A DNA stretch of 64,000 bases from Leotia lubrica (taxonomy: Eukaryota): the NCBI GenBank assembly GCA_965240495.1, contig OZ251267.1:1240001-1304000 (forward strand), written 5' to 3'. Below the pieces are notes generated by a model. It saw only the letters and a list, made by a program, of their open reading frames with translations. It did not search any database and was not told the DNA's origin. Shown here piece after piece: positions 37,833 through 50,027 of the stretch. Within the stretch, counting starts at the first letter, position 1. Each line of letters starts with the position of its first letter. The position numbers were made by a program, and so were the translations under genes.

Positions 37833-39055
37833 TGTAAGGGGCATAAGCCCTCTTACCTAATGCGGCCTAGGTACAGTAGCCTGAGGCAGCCGGTAGGATC
37901 TCCTCCTACCTCGCCCCCTTTCTCCTAATCTCTTAGGATTAGTATTATTATTATTATCATATCTACACTGCTGCATCGAAGCTACTGTGATTACTATGTC
38001 ATGCCTGGGACACACATCCCCCTGACAATCTAATCCTTTTTCCTAAATGGACCTCAGGCCCGGTATAGAATCGCAGCCTCCAACTGAAGCCTGTCGAATG
38101 AAAGCTTCAAAACCATCATCAAAAAGCGTGCAACCTACATCTATGGAGCATACGAAACGCAGTCAAATCATGGGCGAAATGCAAGCAGAACGCACGAGGC
38201 CTACAATTACTGCAACTCATCGAGCGATCCAGCTACTTGTCATCAAAACTGACAATGGGTGAAGCCCAGTAGCAACACAAGCTCATCGAAACTCATCAGA
38301 AGAGTCATCAAAAGAGAATCGGACAATAGATTAGATTTGATAACCTCTAAATACGAGCCAGCAGTCTCGATCTCGTCAAAAAATGCAACTGCTCAGAGAG
38401 CGATGCCATGACTCAATCAAGAGCATGAGTAATACAAGTGAAATAATATCGAAAGAGGGCTACAAGTGCTATCCTCGAGAAGTCCCTGCAAAACCCCAGT
38501 GACCTATCGATATCGATAATCACATATTCCTCAAGCGGAGGTAGAGCCCCCAGCCCTATGAGTGGGCGAAACGGAGTACCTATATAAGCCTTCGGAGAAC
38601 AAAAGCTATCGCCGGACAAAAGGGCCAAAGAGTACCTATCTGGTATGAGCAAGCGTAAATTGTGGTATCCTGCCATGATCAAAATGAAAGGGAAACGCCC
38701 AGACACCATATGGGCTTATATGCCATCGCGGATAAATCTAGAGAGAGACCCACAAAATCTGTATGGGCGGTAAAAGGCTATCGGGGATAACAATCAGTAA
38801 GCAGAGCCAGTGGGGATAACAACCGCATATAGGCCGAAGAGCCACTGCGGATAACAACCGCTGAGCAAGCCATTGGGGATAGAAACTATATAGGCCAAGC
38901 CATCATGGGTGAAAAGCTTCTGACTAGCAAGACAGACGCAGTGGGTGATATTATATATCTTTGGAACACGACACTATAGTCACTCCAACTAGGCGTAAGT
39001 GGTCAAGCCAACATGCTATCGAGATGTACCGTACAGGCAGAAGCCATCACAGGTA
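37833..39055 (+). mobile_element. Truncated inverted copy of the non-autonomous Gypsy-1-related element (5' LTR 37833-38027 plus interior)
   Basis: Reverse complement of ~22710-24008; stops abruptly at the hAT-2 left TIR. Confidence 0.85.
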
Positions 39056-41422
39056 TAGACTGGCCACGGTCCGGTCCGGTCCGGACCATGGACTTTTTTG
39101 GAGACCGTTTAAAAAGACTGGACCGTATGGTCCAGCACCTCCGGACTGCAGTTCAGTCCCAAAAATAAAAGACCGGACCGTTCAGTCCGGTCTTTTTACC
39201 GCTTGAAAATGGAGACTGATAAAAAGATTGGACCGTACAGTCCGGGGCTCTTAGACTACAGTCCGGTCCAGTCTAAGAAAAAGCTGGACCGTAGTTATGC
39301 ATATGTACATAACTACGGCCTCAGACTCTAGAAAGGATTACTATAATGATTCTATACTATACTCCTAATATTAGTTTTATAGTACTGAATAACCCCCATA
39401 CTTCCCTAAATATACTAATACATTAATCTACAATTAAGTCCTACATCTAATTCAGACCCTGGTCACATGACTGTCACATGACTAGGTCCCTAATCCCAAA
39501 AGGGACTAGTTTGCAGAGAGACGACACCTCACCACCACTGTCCCAATCCACACCGCAACTACCATCCAAATTCCCAGAACAGGCTTCACTTCCAGGCCTC
39601 ACTTCCAGGCCTCACTTCCGCCCAAGTTTCCAGAGCCGTCCCGGGCCTTGCGCAGCCTTGCCCCCACCACGCAAAACCGCCCGGAGCCTCGCGCGCTCCC
39701 GCCCGGCGCCCGCCGCAATTCCGAGCGTAATTCCGATCGGGCGGCCACGCACGGCCTTGCCGAAGCCTCGTGTGAGTTGCGATAATTCGCCCGGAGCCTC
39801 GCACGAGCCCGGCAAGGCGTCCGGACCCCCCTCCGAGCCATCGTGTGATCAATCGCGCGACCGATCGATCGCGGGCCGACGCGGCCTCGCCGAAGCCTCG
39901 CACGAATCGCGATTGGCTGCCGGAAGCCTCGCGCAAGCCTGGCCAGCCTGCGCACGCCCGAGCCGGCCCGAGCCAGCCTGCGCGCGCCGACCGGCCCAGC
40001 CGCCCAAAGCCGGCCCGAGCCGGCGGACCCCCCCCAGAGCCCCCAAACCACCCAAAGCCCCCCCAGGACCCCCGTGAAGACCCAGGACCTCCCCCGAGAG
40101 GCTTTATATAGCCTTTAAAGGCCCCTGGAGCCCCCCGTAAGGTCCCTGAAGCCCTAAGAGAGTCTTTGAAGTCTCCAGAGAGCCCACAGAGTCTCTCGTA
40201 AGCCCCCGGAATCCTTAGAGTGACCCCAGAAAGCCTGGAGAGATACCCAGAGAGCCCAGAGAGACCCCGGGAGAGCACAGAGAAATCTCTGGAGTCTATA
40301 GAGCTCCGCTGAAAGCTTCACGTAAGGGTTTAGAGCTGCTAGGAGATAGTCAGAGTTTTCCCTCAATTCAGTGGTTGTGTATTTCCTCAGCTATTATATT
40401 TAGTGTTATCTGCTAACTTTTGTGCTGAGAGATCTGAGAGTTTGGGAAAAGACCTGTGGAGTTCGAGAGAGACGGGTAGAGTTCTGAGAGAAAGCCGTAG
40501 TATTGTGGAAGAGATATCTGAAACCTGTAAGTGACGTCTATATCCCCCAAGAGCACGGCTGAAAGTCTCTTTCTAGCCTTCAGAGCCAGTGAAAGATAGT
40601 CTGAACATTCGCTCAATTTAGTGGTTGTGTATATCCTTAGTTATTATATTTAGTATCATCTGCTAATTTTTTTATAGCTGTCTGCGCTGCTATTATCTTC
40701 TGTCCTCTTGATGCTGTGTATCCTCCTATCACTGTCTATGCTTTTGTGACAGTTTATGCCTACCGACGTCTCTGTCATAGTCTATCCTCTTGTCGCAATG
40801 GTTCTACTGTTATTGTCATTAGTCATTTCGTGGTAAATAAATCCTAAGGTAAGCGATGCTTGCTCTCATACGTCTTAGTCGAGTCCTAGTGGAGAATCCT
40901 CGGTATGGTACCGACTGCCATATTGTAGTATGCCAGGCCCAGCTAGTGCTTCGGGGAGTACTCTGGTTTGCAGTGGCGTAGGTACTAGTAGTATCTGCGT
41001 TACTGTAGGCACTAGCGGGAGGTTTGAAAGGCACCTCTCAAAATAATTTCTTTCCAGAGATACGCTTCTGTGATTGCTGTGGGGCCTAAGTCCTCATTAA
41101 AAACTTAGCTGGGTGCGGTATCCAGAAAAGTCTTCGCAAGGCGAGGCTTTAGAAAACTAGCTTAGGACCGGCTCCTACTAAAAAACCCGGTCAGGATTGC
41201 ATATCCTGAGTATAAATTAAAAAATATGCCCAGGTGCAGGCCCTGGATTACCGGCGTTTATATCTGTACTAGGGTCCCCCTAGTATGCATGTAGACCCCG
41301 GTAATAAGCTTGCTGGGGGCGAATTTCTCTACCGTATTCCATTCAGTTTAGAGTTTAGAATTTGCCTCTGATTTTCCATTGGACACTTAGCTAAGACGTG
41401 TGATCATTATTAGGTTTTGACA

Positions 41423-42373
41423 ATGACGACGCTAGAACAGAAGAAAAAGAGATTTTCTCTCTTTACGGATTGCGGTGTTATGGATGATAAGAATTGGCCG
41501 AAGGAAGAGGTTAAGCATCGGACCCAACAATGTATAAAAATGTGGGAAAAGATTCAGAAAGGTATGACATATACGAAATCTCCGGTGACGTATGTGGAAT
41601 TAAAGGAGGAGAAGGTAGGGAGACGGAAGGAGGTTTTGGAAGCGGCGAAAGAAGAGAGGGATGTTAATACGTTTACGGTAATAAAGTCCCATGAGAATCA
41701 CCATATGATAATTGATCAACACGGTGAGATTTTGGGATACCGGTATCGTATTAAACACGATTTATTGAAAAGAGTTGAAGAAACGACTGCGGCTCTGCTT
41801 CCTGCGAAGGTTAATGCTCGTAATCGAGGGGACTATCCAACGCGTCACTATTCAGTTTGGTGCGATTACAGCAAAACACCGTATGAGAGCGCAGAGTATA
41901 GAAAAGACTTGCCAGCATCGAAGGAATGGTGCGATAAAAATAAAAAACTCTTCGAGTACTTATCTGAGGGGCTTCGGATGATTAGTTTGATGACTTACGT
42001 TAGGTATAGAGGAGCGCAATCTTATTTGCAAGCTCTTGATCTGCAGCCGTTATGTGGTGTTTGGTTTGGGGTGGCGATAAATCAGGTGGTTACCGGTAGT
42101 ACCAGTACTCATTTAGATTTCGGAGATTCAGGATATAATTGTGTCGTTCCTTGGGGGGAATATAACGGAGAAGGGTTGGTGTTATAGCAATTGGAAATGA
42201 TTGTGGAATTGGAGCCCGGTGATACTTTTTTCTTTATGGGTTCGTTGATTGCACATAACGTTGGTGAAATTGAGGGAGTTCGGAACAGCATTGATTTGTT
42301 TTGTCATAAAAATGTATTAAGCTGGAAGGATATGTGTGACGAAGAGAGACGGGGAGAGAAGCTGAATGAATGA
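41423..42373 (+). pseudogene. 2OG-Fe(II) dioxygenase, TET/JBP-like (316 codons, one premature stop at 42185-42187)
   Basis: ORFs 41417-42187 and 42191-42373 are in frame; the TAG is TGG in the other copies. HLD, AHNV and VRNS motifs intact. Confidence 0.82.
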
Positions 42374-43825
42374 TTTATGAGAGTTGAGAGTATCGATGCT
42401 GTCGTGTATAATGAAACTTAAAAGGTACGAACTGAATTTCCCTTTGCAAGCGGTTGGGCCATAATGTATGATTATATGATTAGGAACCATTGTTTTGTAT
42501 GAGAGTAAAGAGCTTTGTGGATGTTACTATTGTCGGATTGATTACTATTTGATAGTAGGGCTGGTCAGAAAACGATGCAGACTAGAATTCTAGTATGAGG
42601 AGTTCTGCGCTTACTGTGATCGCATATAGTTATGTGATTGGTATCGTTGAATGTGTTTGTTATGATGACATATAGTCATGCAACAGGTGTGTCATGTTCT
42701 TATTATGATGATGTGCGATTCTAAAAGATAATTCTTTATTTGGTTTATGTGACAGAAATCATGTAATCAGTGGTCGCATGAGATAAAATTATGGCGAAGT
42801 GTAGAGAAGACATATTAGGGTGAACCACATAATGATAAATAGATGGGACTTGAGATTTCTGGCGATTTCTATTCTATCAGTGCATGATTACTAGTAAACA
42901 ATTTACTTCCCGTCAAAATTAAGATTTGTGGAGATTTTCCTACCTATCAGTGTTTCGGTAGCCGCAACTAATAGTGGTTGCCTGCCAATGATGCGGATGG
43001 TATAATGATAGTCGCTGGTACATTGTGGCTACCTATACATCATAGTTACTGTACATTGGGAGTCATATTCATAAGAGCTATCTGTTCATTGAGGCTATTT
43101 GTTAATAGCTGCAGCTTGTTAATGGTGGCAGCTTGTCAATGGCGGCTGTCAGTTTATGATGGCAGCTTGTCAATGGCGGCTATCAGTTTATGGTGGCAGC
43201 TTGTCTATGGCAGCCGCTGGTCTATGGGGGCTGCTTGTTCATGGCGGCCGCCCGTCCATGGCGGCCGCTCGTCCATGGCAGCCGCTCATCCATGGCAGCT
43301 GCTCGTCCATGACGGCTGCTCGTCTATAGCGGCTGCTCGTCCATGACGGCTGCTCGTCGATGGCAGCTGACCATTTATAATGGCTGCTGGTTCATGATGG
43401 CTGACTATCAATACGGGTGGCGCGTCTATTGAGACGACTAGTCCATTGTAGCTGTTTGTTCATCTTAGCAGCATATTCATTTTAGCAGCGATAGAGCTAC
43501 AATTGAGCTACACTTGCCTGACCAGGCTTGTTACAGTTGGTCTGGTTCGTTATTGGCTTGGGTGGCTGGCCAGGTACTATAGCTAGATTGTAGTAGCGTG
43601 AGGCGTGGTTGGCTGGGGTTACGGCCCAAGCTAGCTGCGGCTCATTCCTACAGGTGAGATTTAAAATTGGTGGCTGTATAATTACCACAATCTAATTTCC
43701 TGTCAACTAGCATTACTTTTGAGCGTTACTGTTGAATAGAAGATTTGTGTCAGGCTCATGACGCTTCTTTTCATTCTGATAATTTGATTTATTTATTACT
43801 TACAGATATTATTATTCATACAACG

Positions 43826-46525
43826 ATGTTGGATATTATAATTCCTGCTACAATGTCAAGTGATTGTCCTATGTCTAAGGTGTCAGATCTATTTGCTGTT
43901 GACATTATCCCAAACTCTTTTCCTCTGTCAACGGAAACCGAAGTCTCCAAGGAAGGTGATCCTTTTCAACATCTGGAACTATCTCCGAATAAGAGATATG
44001 CTATTTGGAGAAGAAATAATGTCGAGCATTGGAATCCTTGGTGGCGCCATGTGATTAATTCGTCAAAATCTAATGATAAATTTGGATACTTTTCCTGGAC
44101 GAAAGCAAAGAGGTCGACAGTATGGGAGCATTTTGAGCAAGGTGCTGATATACAGAATGGCTCTCCGAAGGCTCTCTGCAAGGCATGTTGGAAGGTATTT
44201 GCCCACCCTGAGCTCCAAACTGGTAGCAGTAGTACATCTACTCTTCGGTGTCATGCTGAGCATAAGAAATGTGGCGGCTCAAAAACCGGTCAAGGACTAT
44301 TGTCGCAATTTGGAGCCGGAACCATGGTAAGTGAATAATTCTCGTGACACTATGAACGAACTGATAGTATGGATAGGCCTCTAACTCAAAGGTCATTCCC
44401 ACATTCAACCAAGTAGCTTGGAGAGAATAGCTCATAATCTTTTTGATATCTTCAAACCTACCCTTTCGAGCTATTGAGCATCCCGAATTCCAGAAAGCTA
44501 TGCTTATGATGAGGCCTGACCTTGACATACCTCACAGAACATTTATTCGTACGCACCTGACAAGCCTTTACGAAAGTGTTCAGTCACAGCTCCTATCGGA
44601 TTTGCCTGAGACTGCAAAGGTCTCAATTGCAATGGATGGCTGGCAAAGCCCGTTTAAGAGGTCATTTCTTGCTGTTACAGCATATTAAATTACGAGTAAT
44701 TGGCAGTGGCAAGAGGTGTGCTATATGCTTTTGTCTAATCAAATATATGCTAACATTTATCGCAGGCACTGATTGGTTTTGAACTATTGAAGGGTTCTCA
44801 TACTGGCCAATATATGGCAGGCATTTTATATAATGTCTTAGAGCGTTTTAGCATTACAAAGCGTCTCCTTTGTATCACCACTGACAATGCTGGAAACAAT
44901 GGCACGATGCGAAAGGAATTAGAAGAGTTACTCAATGACTTGGACATTAATAATAGTTGGAGCAGTGATTCTACGAAGATTCCATGTCTGGCCCATGTGA
45001 TACAACTTGTCGTTAAGGCTATATTGGGTGCCTTTGATATTAAACCCGTAACTGAGGATTTAGATGATGATGTCAATGGTAGGAGTGTGAGCAGTGCAAT
45101 CACAAAGGTATGGTATCAGGAGTAATGCTTAAGAGTAATGCTGATAGTCTTGAAATTACCAGATACGCATATACGCTACTATGATGAGTCGATCAGCCAA
45201 AAGAACTGAGCATCTGTTACAAAAACAGTCAGAGCAGGAGTTGGTCCAATTACTCCGGATGGTAGGAGATATTCCAATCCGGTGGAACTCTACATATGAC
45301 ATGATACTTCAGGCAAGGCGTCTACGTATTCCTCTACAGAACTGGCTCAATTAAGAGATACTAGAGGATCCAAGCCTTGAACACCTGTCTCTGTTGAATA
45401 TAGACTGGAACAAATTGAAGTATCTTATCATTCTTCTACGTCCATTTGCAGAGTATACCAGTCTTATTGGGAATACAAGAGATGCAACGATCAACCATAC
45501 CTGGAATGTCTATAATGCTCTCTTTGATCACCTTGATATGATACGGGACAAGCTTTGTCACAAAGACCCAGAGAAAACCCCCTGGATCTCTGAGTTCATT
45601 ACGGCAGTCGATATCGGAATCCTAAAATTGAAGGAATACTATTCTAAAACAGGAGGTCCAGTTGAGACACAATATGCTCTAGCTGCTATGCTTGACCCTT
45701 CTCAAAAGCTCAATATCTTTGCATCACCAGAGTGGAGTCGCTCATGGAACAGGAAGTATACAAAGGAGTTTGTAGATCACTGGAGCGTCAACTACCAGTC
45801 ACTGGCTGTGACTAGAGATGATCAGCCACGAGCTTCAATAGCCTCCCAAACCCTGAATGGCATCTTTCGACAGCACCGGCAAAGTATAGGATCTAGCCGA
45901 GTTAGTTCAACAGTAACGAATGAGGCGGAGCAATACCTACGAGCTCCAGTAATTGGAGAAGACTCAGAAATACCGGTCTTGCAACTGTGGAAAAGAATAG
46001 AACATTCTTACCCTTCTCTTGCATCGATGGCCAGAGATATCCTTGCTATTCCAAGTATGTTGATGTTTATAATTGTCTAAGCGTTACTCCTGGTTGCGAC
46101 TAGAAGTAAGGCTTAGGAGTAACGCTACTATACTCAGAATCCTATGAAAATGAGAACTAACATAACCAGTGAGCGGGACTGGTGTCGAATGAATCTTCAA
46201 TATCGCTTGTGACCAGCATAACTACCGTCGTGCCCAGATCAACCCTGACACCATTCATCAATCTATGATTGTTAAGCACTTCCACCGTAACATGTGGCAG
46301 CTTGGAGAGGATTGGGAGAATACAGATCATGTGTTTGGAGCACCGGACTCTGACCTAGAGGTAGAGCAAAATGAGAAGTCGATTGCTGCATCATTGGAGA
46401 TATCTGATGACGAACAAGGTGTGGAGGAGGATAGGGTTAAGGGGGAGAAGGATGAAGGGCTATTTTTGCCACCACATAGACATACACAAGCAAGTCCTCG
46501 AAGGGCAAGAAGAGCTGGCAGATAG
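43826..46525 (+). pseudogene. hAT transposase with BED finger (about five exons, several stops)
   Basis: STVWEHF...CKAC...STLRCHAEH; LPFRAIEHPEF; IAMDGWQS; ITTDNAGNN; PCLAHVIQLVV; IRWNSTYDM; YPSLASMARDILAIP. Introns approximately 44327-44376, 44716-44765, 45108-45161 and 46055-46169. Confidence 0.93.
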
Positions 46526-46984
46526 AATGTCTGTAAAAATATAGACTAGAATACAAACTGAGCAGTTTCCCATTACTCTATGCCATTACTCCTAATATGA
46601 TTTAGAGCTAAATATTCGATATTTAAGCTATTTTAACCAAGCAGAGTATCTTAGAGTTACTCCTAAGCGTTAACCATTACCCCTACATTATGCAAATTAT
46701 GCAACAACTACAGTCCGGTCCGGTCTTTTTCTACTAATTCAGGACCGGTCCGGAATATTCAGTCTCAAAATAAAAGACCGGACTGCTTGCAGTCCGGTCT
46801 CAATTTTTTTTGTAGACCATAAACAGTCCGGTCCAGAATATAAAGAACGGACTGTATTCCAGTCTAGACTGGACTGGACCGTGGGACAGTACTTTGGTCC
46901 GGTCCTAAAATTTGGGACCGGACTGCTTACAAATCAGTCCAGTCCAGTCCGGTCCCGGTCCTACGGTCCGGTCCGGCCAGTCTA

Positions 46985-48173
46985 ATGATTACTGATCGGT
47001 GATTTGGAATTGTTGATTACTAATGATTACCGATCGCATTGCCCCGCTTCCTAGGCTTGGTCTAGGCTTGCCTAGTTCCTTATCTTGCCTTATCCCACGT
47101 CTGACCCAAGTAGAGCTTCCTAGTCTATGCTGGGCTAGCTCTCGGGTATTCTACTAGCTTTTTCGGGACTAGTTCTCGGGAAATTCTACTGGTTCCCGTT
47201 AGATCCCGTTAGGGTACTAGTTGTCGGGTTCTTGGCTACCGGGCTATTGGTTACCTGATTAACTAGTTGCTGGGTCGTTGTAGCGAGATCCGGCTGTAGA
47301 AGTGGCTGGCTGTGTAGTCCTGACTATGGGCGTGGCTGGCTGAGTATGGCTCGCGCCACTATGGCAGCAAGTGCAGTTGTGTGTCGGTCGCGATTATAGC
47401 GATAGAAATAGTTGCATAGCTGGCTAGTATTGTAGCAACAAAAGTAGTCGCATAGCCGGCCAGAGCTGTAGTAGTAAGAGCCGTCGCATAGCGAAGTAGA
47501 TTTATGGCGGCAATTGCGGGTGCATCGCTAACTGGAATTGTGGCAGTAATGGTGGTCGCAAGCTTTACCAGAACTGGAGCGATCGCCAGACCGGTGACCG
47601 GGGTTTCTGCAAAGGGCGGAAATTGGGGCGGGTCTAATGACCGGGGTTTCTGTAATGGGCGGAAATTAGGGCGGTAATTGGGGCGGGTCTGTCGGCAAGC
47701 ACATTTGGTAACTTGGTGAGCGCATTCGGTAATTTGGTGAGCACATTCGGGAATTTGGTGAGTATGCTTATCGTGATGTTAATAGCTATCGAGCTATCAT
47801 AGCCATGCCCTGTAATAGTTGCGTAGTTGACTAGAACTTTAGCAACAGAAGCAGTAATAGTAGAGTTGGCGACTAGAGGCCACCGTAGGATAATTGTAAG
47901 AGCAGCTTCAGTGTGTGGCTATTTGGCAGGTGGCTGTAAATGTGGTAGTAAGGGTAACGGCAAGAGCGGCAGCAGGGGCTGCTATAAGGGTGGATGCAAG
48001 AGCGGCTACAGGGGCTGCTGTAAGGGCGGATGCAAGAGCGGCTGCAAGAAATAAGCCGATTAGGCTTATCGGTTTCTCGGCTGCTTGGTCAGCTATCAGT
48101 TGCTTAGTCAACCGAGTTGCTAGTCTCGTAGTTGGGTGTCATAGTAGGAGTCGTAACAGTGAGGGTCGTAACA
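46985..48173 (-). repeat. LTR-A repeat, inverted and truncated at the hAT-2 right TIR
   Basis: Reverse complement of ~52371-53593; ends GAGGGTCGTAACA. Confidence 0.85.
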
Positions 48174-48984
48174 CAAACTGCCAAAAATAATTTATTCTAA
48201 GTAAATTGCTATAATATAATTATACTAAAAAATAGAATAATATATTAAAGGAGACTTACTGCCGTAGGCAAATGGGGGGTCCAGGGAGTCTCCTCCTGGT
48301 AATAATATACTATGTACAAATATTTTAAGACTCTTTTATCCAGACCACCTTCCCCAAAAGGGAGAGGGGGGAACCTCCAAGAAAAAAAAAAGTAAAAGCT
48401 TCGCTCCCCCCTCGACACAGTTCATGGATCATAGTTGTTTCAGTTGCTGGTCACATGCGGTGTTCCAATTCAGCTCAATCAGAATCAGGTGACCCAAAAA
48501 AAAAATGATAATGTGACCAATTTTTGGCCCAGGCTTCTTCTAGGTTTTTATTTACTAGCAAGCTTCTATACACTAGTTTACAAACACTATTCTTTGTATA
48601 ATAATCTACTGTTCCTCAAGGCATAAAGTTGGGATGAACCCTGAGGGGTTTAGTCTGCTCTCCTGTCTGATTAGAACATCGCACGTGACCCACAACTGAA
48701 ACAAAAATAGTAAGGAGCAAGCTCCTAATGAATTTTGTATCGCGCAAATACCGTTGATTTTGTCGCGGTCGTGATAGCGTGTGCGAGCTGTGCGGCTAAG
48801 TGGGCCATTCTTTGCGGTGCCAACTACCGGCCGGAGAAAATTTTATCCTTCTGCCTCAGCCCACTTAAGCTGAGGAGTTTGTGACGGAACGAACGATTCG
48901 CGACTCTTTTTTGACCCTTACTAAGCCTAATCTATACTTGAACGGCTTGTAGAAAGCTAGCCTCGACGCTGCCCTAGCGACGAA

Positions 48985-50027
48985 ATGAGGCTTACAGCGG
49001 AGCTCATTTTATCGTCCTTATCGTATCTTAACCCGCTCAGAGAGCGTGAACTTGATCTTCGAGGTGCGTACTTGCTGAAAGGAACTGGTACTACACTTTA
49101 AGGCGAGCTGAGTTGATATCGAATATTCGAGGTTCTAGGCCACAAGATCCCGGCTATTGAAAATTTGGGTGTTGCTGGTGTACGTGCTCCCTTATGTCTA
49201 TCACCTCCTAACCATGTCTCAATTTAGGGCTGTGTCCTATTTCAACACTTTAGAAATTTACTGACGTCTTGCTTGCATAGCCCCAGGACGCAATCGACTT
49301 CACCGACAATGACATTCAGATTCTAGGCAACTTTCCACTCTCTCCCAGATTGCAAACGCTCCTTCTCTCCCGCAATCGTATCGCGAGTATACAGTCGGCG
49401 TTAGCGCAGTCTATACCAAATCTTACGGTCTTAGTATTAACAGCGAATAATCTTGCCGAGCTATCGGATCTAGATGTTCTGTCTACATTCCAAAAGCTGA
49501 CACACTTGTCTTTGATGGAGAATCCTGTTACGAGGAAAGACGTATGTTCGTTGCCATTGGGCCTCTACCAGGGGTTGGGAGTGGGAGTTTTGTACCACTG
49601 ACAGTCTTATGTCGTAGCATTATAGATATTGGATTTTATGGCGTTGCCCGTCTCTTCGGTTCCTTGACTTCCAGAAAGTGAAAGATGTGGAACGTCAGAA
49701 GGCAAGAGAGCTTTTTGGAACGGCTGCAGAACCATCTGCACTTGCATCCAAGGTAGCTAATTTTCTAACATCAAAGCGAATTGTCTAACAAAATTTTAGA
49801 TCATGGGAATAAAGTCACGCACATTCGATGTGCCGGCCACCAATGGCGCCTCGTCCTCTTCAGCCAAGAATTATCGAGTAAAATTAACTGAAAAGGAGCG
49901 TAAGAAAGTGGAAGAGCTGATTCGGAATGCGAAAAGCTTGCAAGAAATTATTAGGCTAGAGAAGGAGCTAAACGAAGGTCGAATTCCGTCTGCAGCACTA
50001 GGAGCGGATGATGTGATGGAAGGGTAA
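48985..50027 (+). CDS. LEA1: U2 small nuclear ribonucleoprotein A' (Lea1/SNRPA1), ~247 aa, five exons
   Basis: Exons 48985-49063, 49139-49179, 49281-49541, 49618-49752, 49800-50027 give MRLTAELI...NPLRERELDLRGHKIPAIENLG...DAIDFTDNDI...LQTLLLSRNRI...ENPVTRKDHYRYWILWRCPSLRFLDFQKVKD...IRNAKSLQEIIRLEKEL, the LRR/LRRcap signature of U2A'. Confidence 0.95.

Larger units (their letters stand above)
39056..46984 (+). mobile_element. hAT DNA transposon carrying a dioxygenase cargo gene (hAT-2), full length, no nested insert
   Basis: TIRs TAGACTGGCC / GGCCAGTCTA; colinear with hAT-1; flanks CACAGGTA / ATGATTAC do not form a TSD. Confidence 0.93.

Noticed and set aside
39478..40278. Long overlapping Pro/Arg/Gly-rich ORFs in the GC-rich block (also 10660-11378, 24758-25265)
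   Set aside because: Expected stop-codon scarcity in GC-rich repeats; frames are not conserved among the three copies.
40413..41034. Possible divergent minus-strand gene upstream of the dioxygenase
   Set aside because: The short ORFs lie in different frames in different copies and have no recognisable motif (for example no HMG box was evident).
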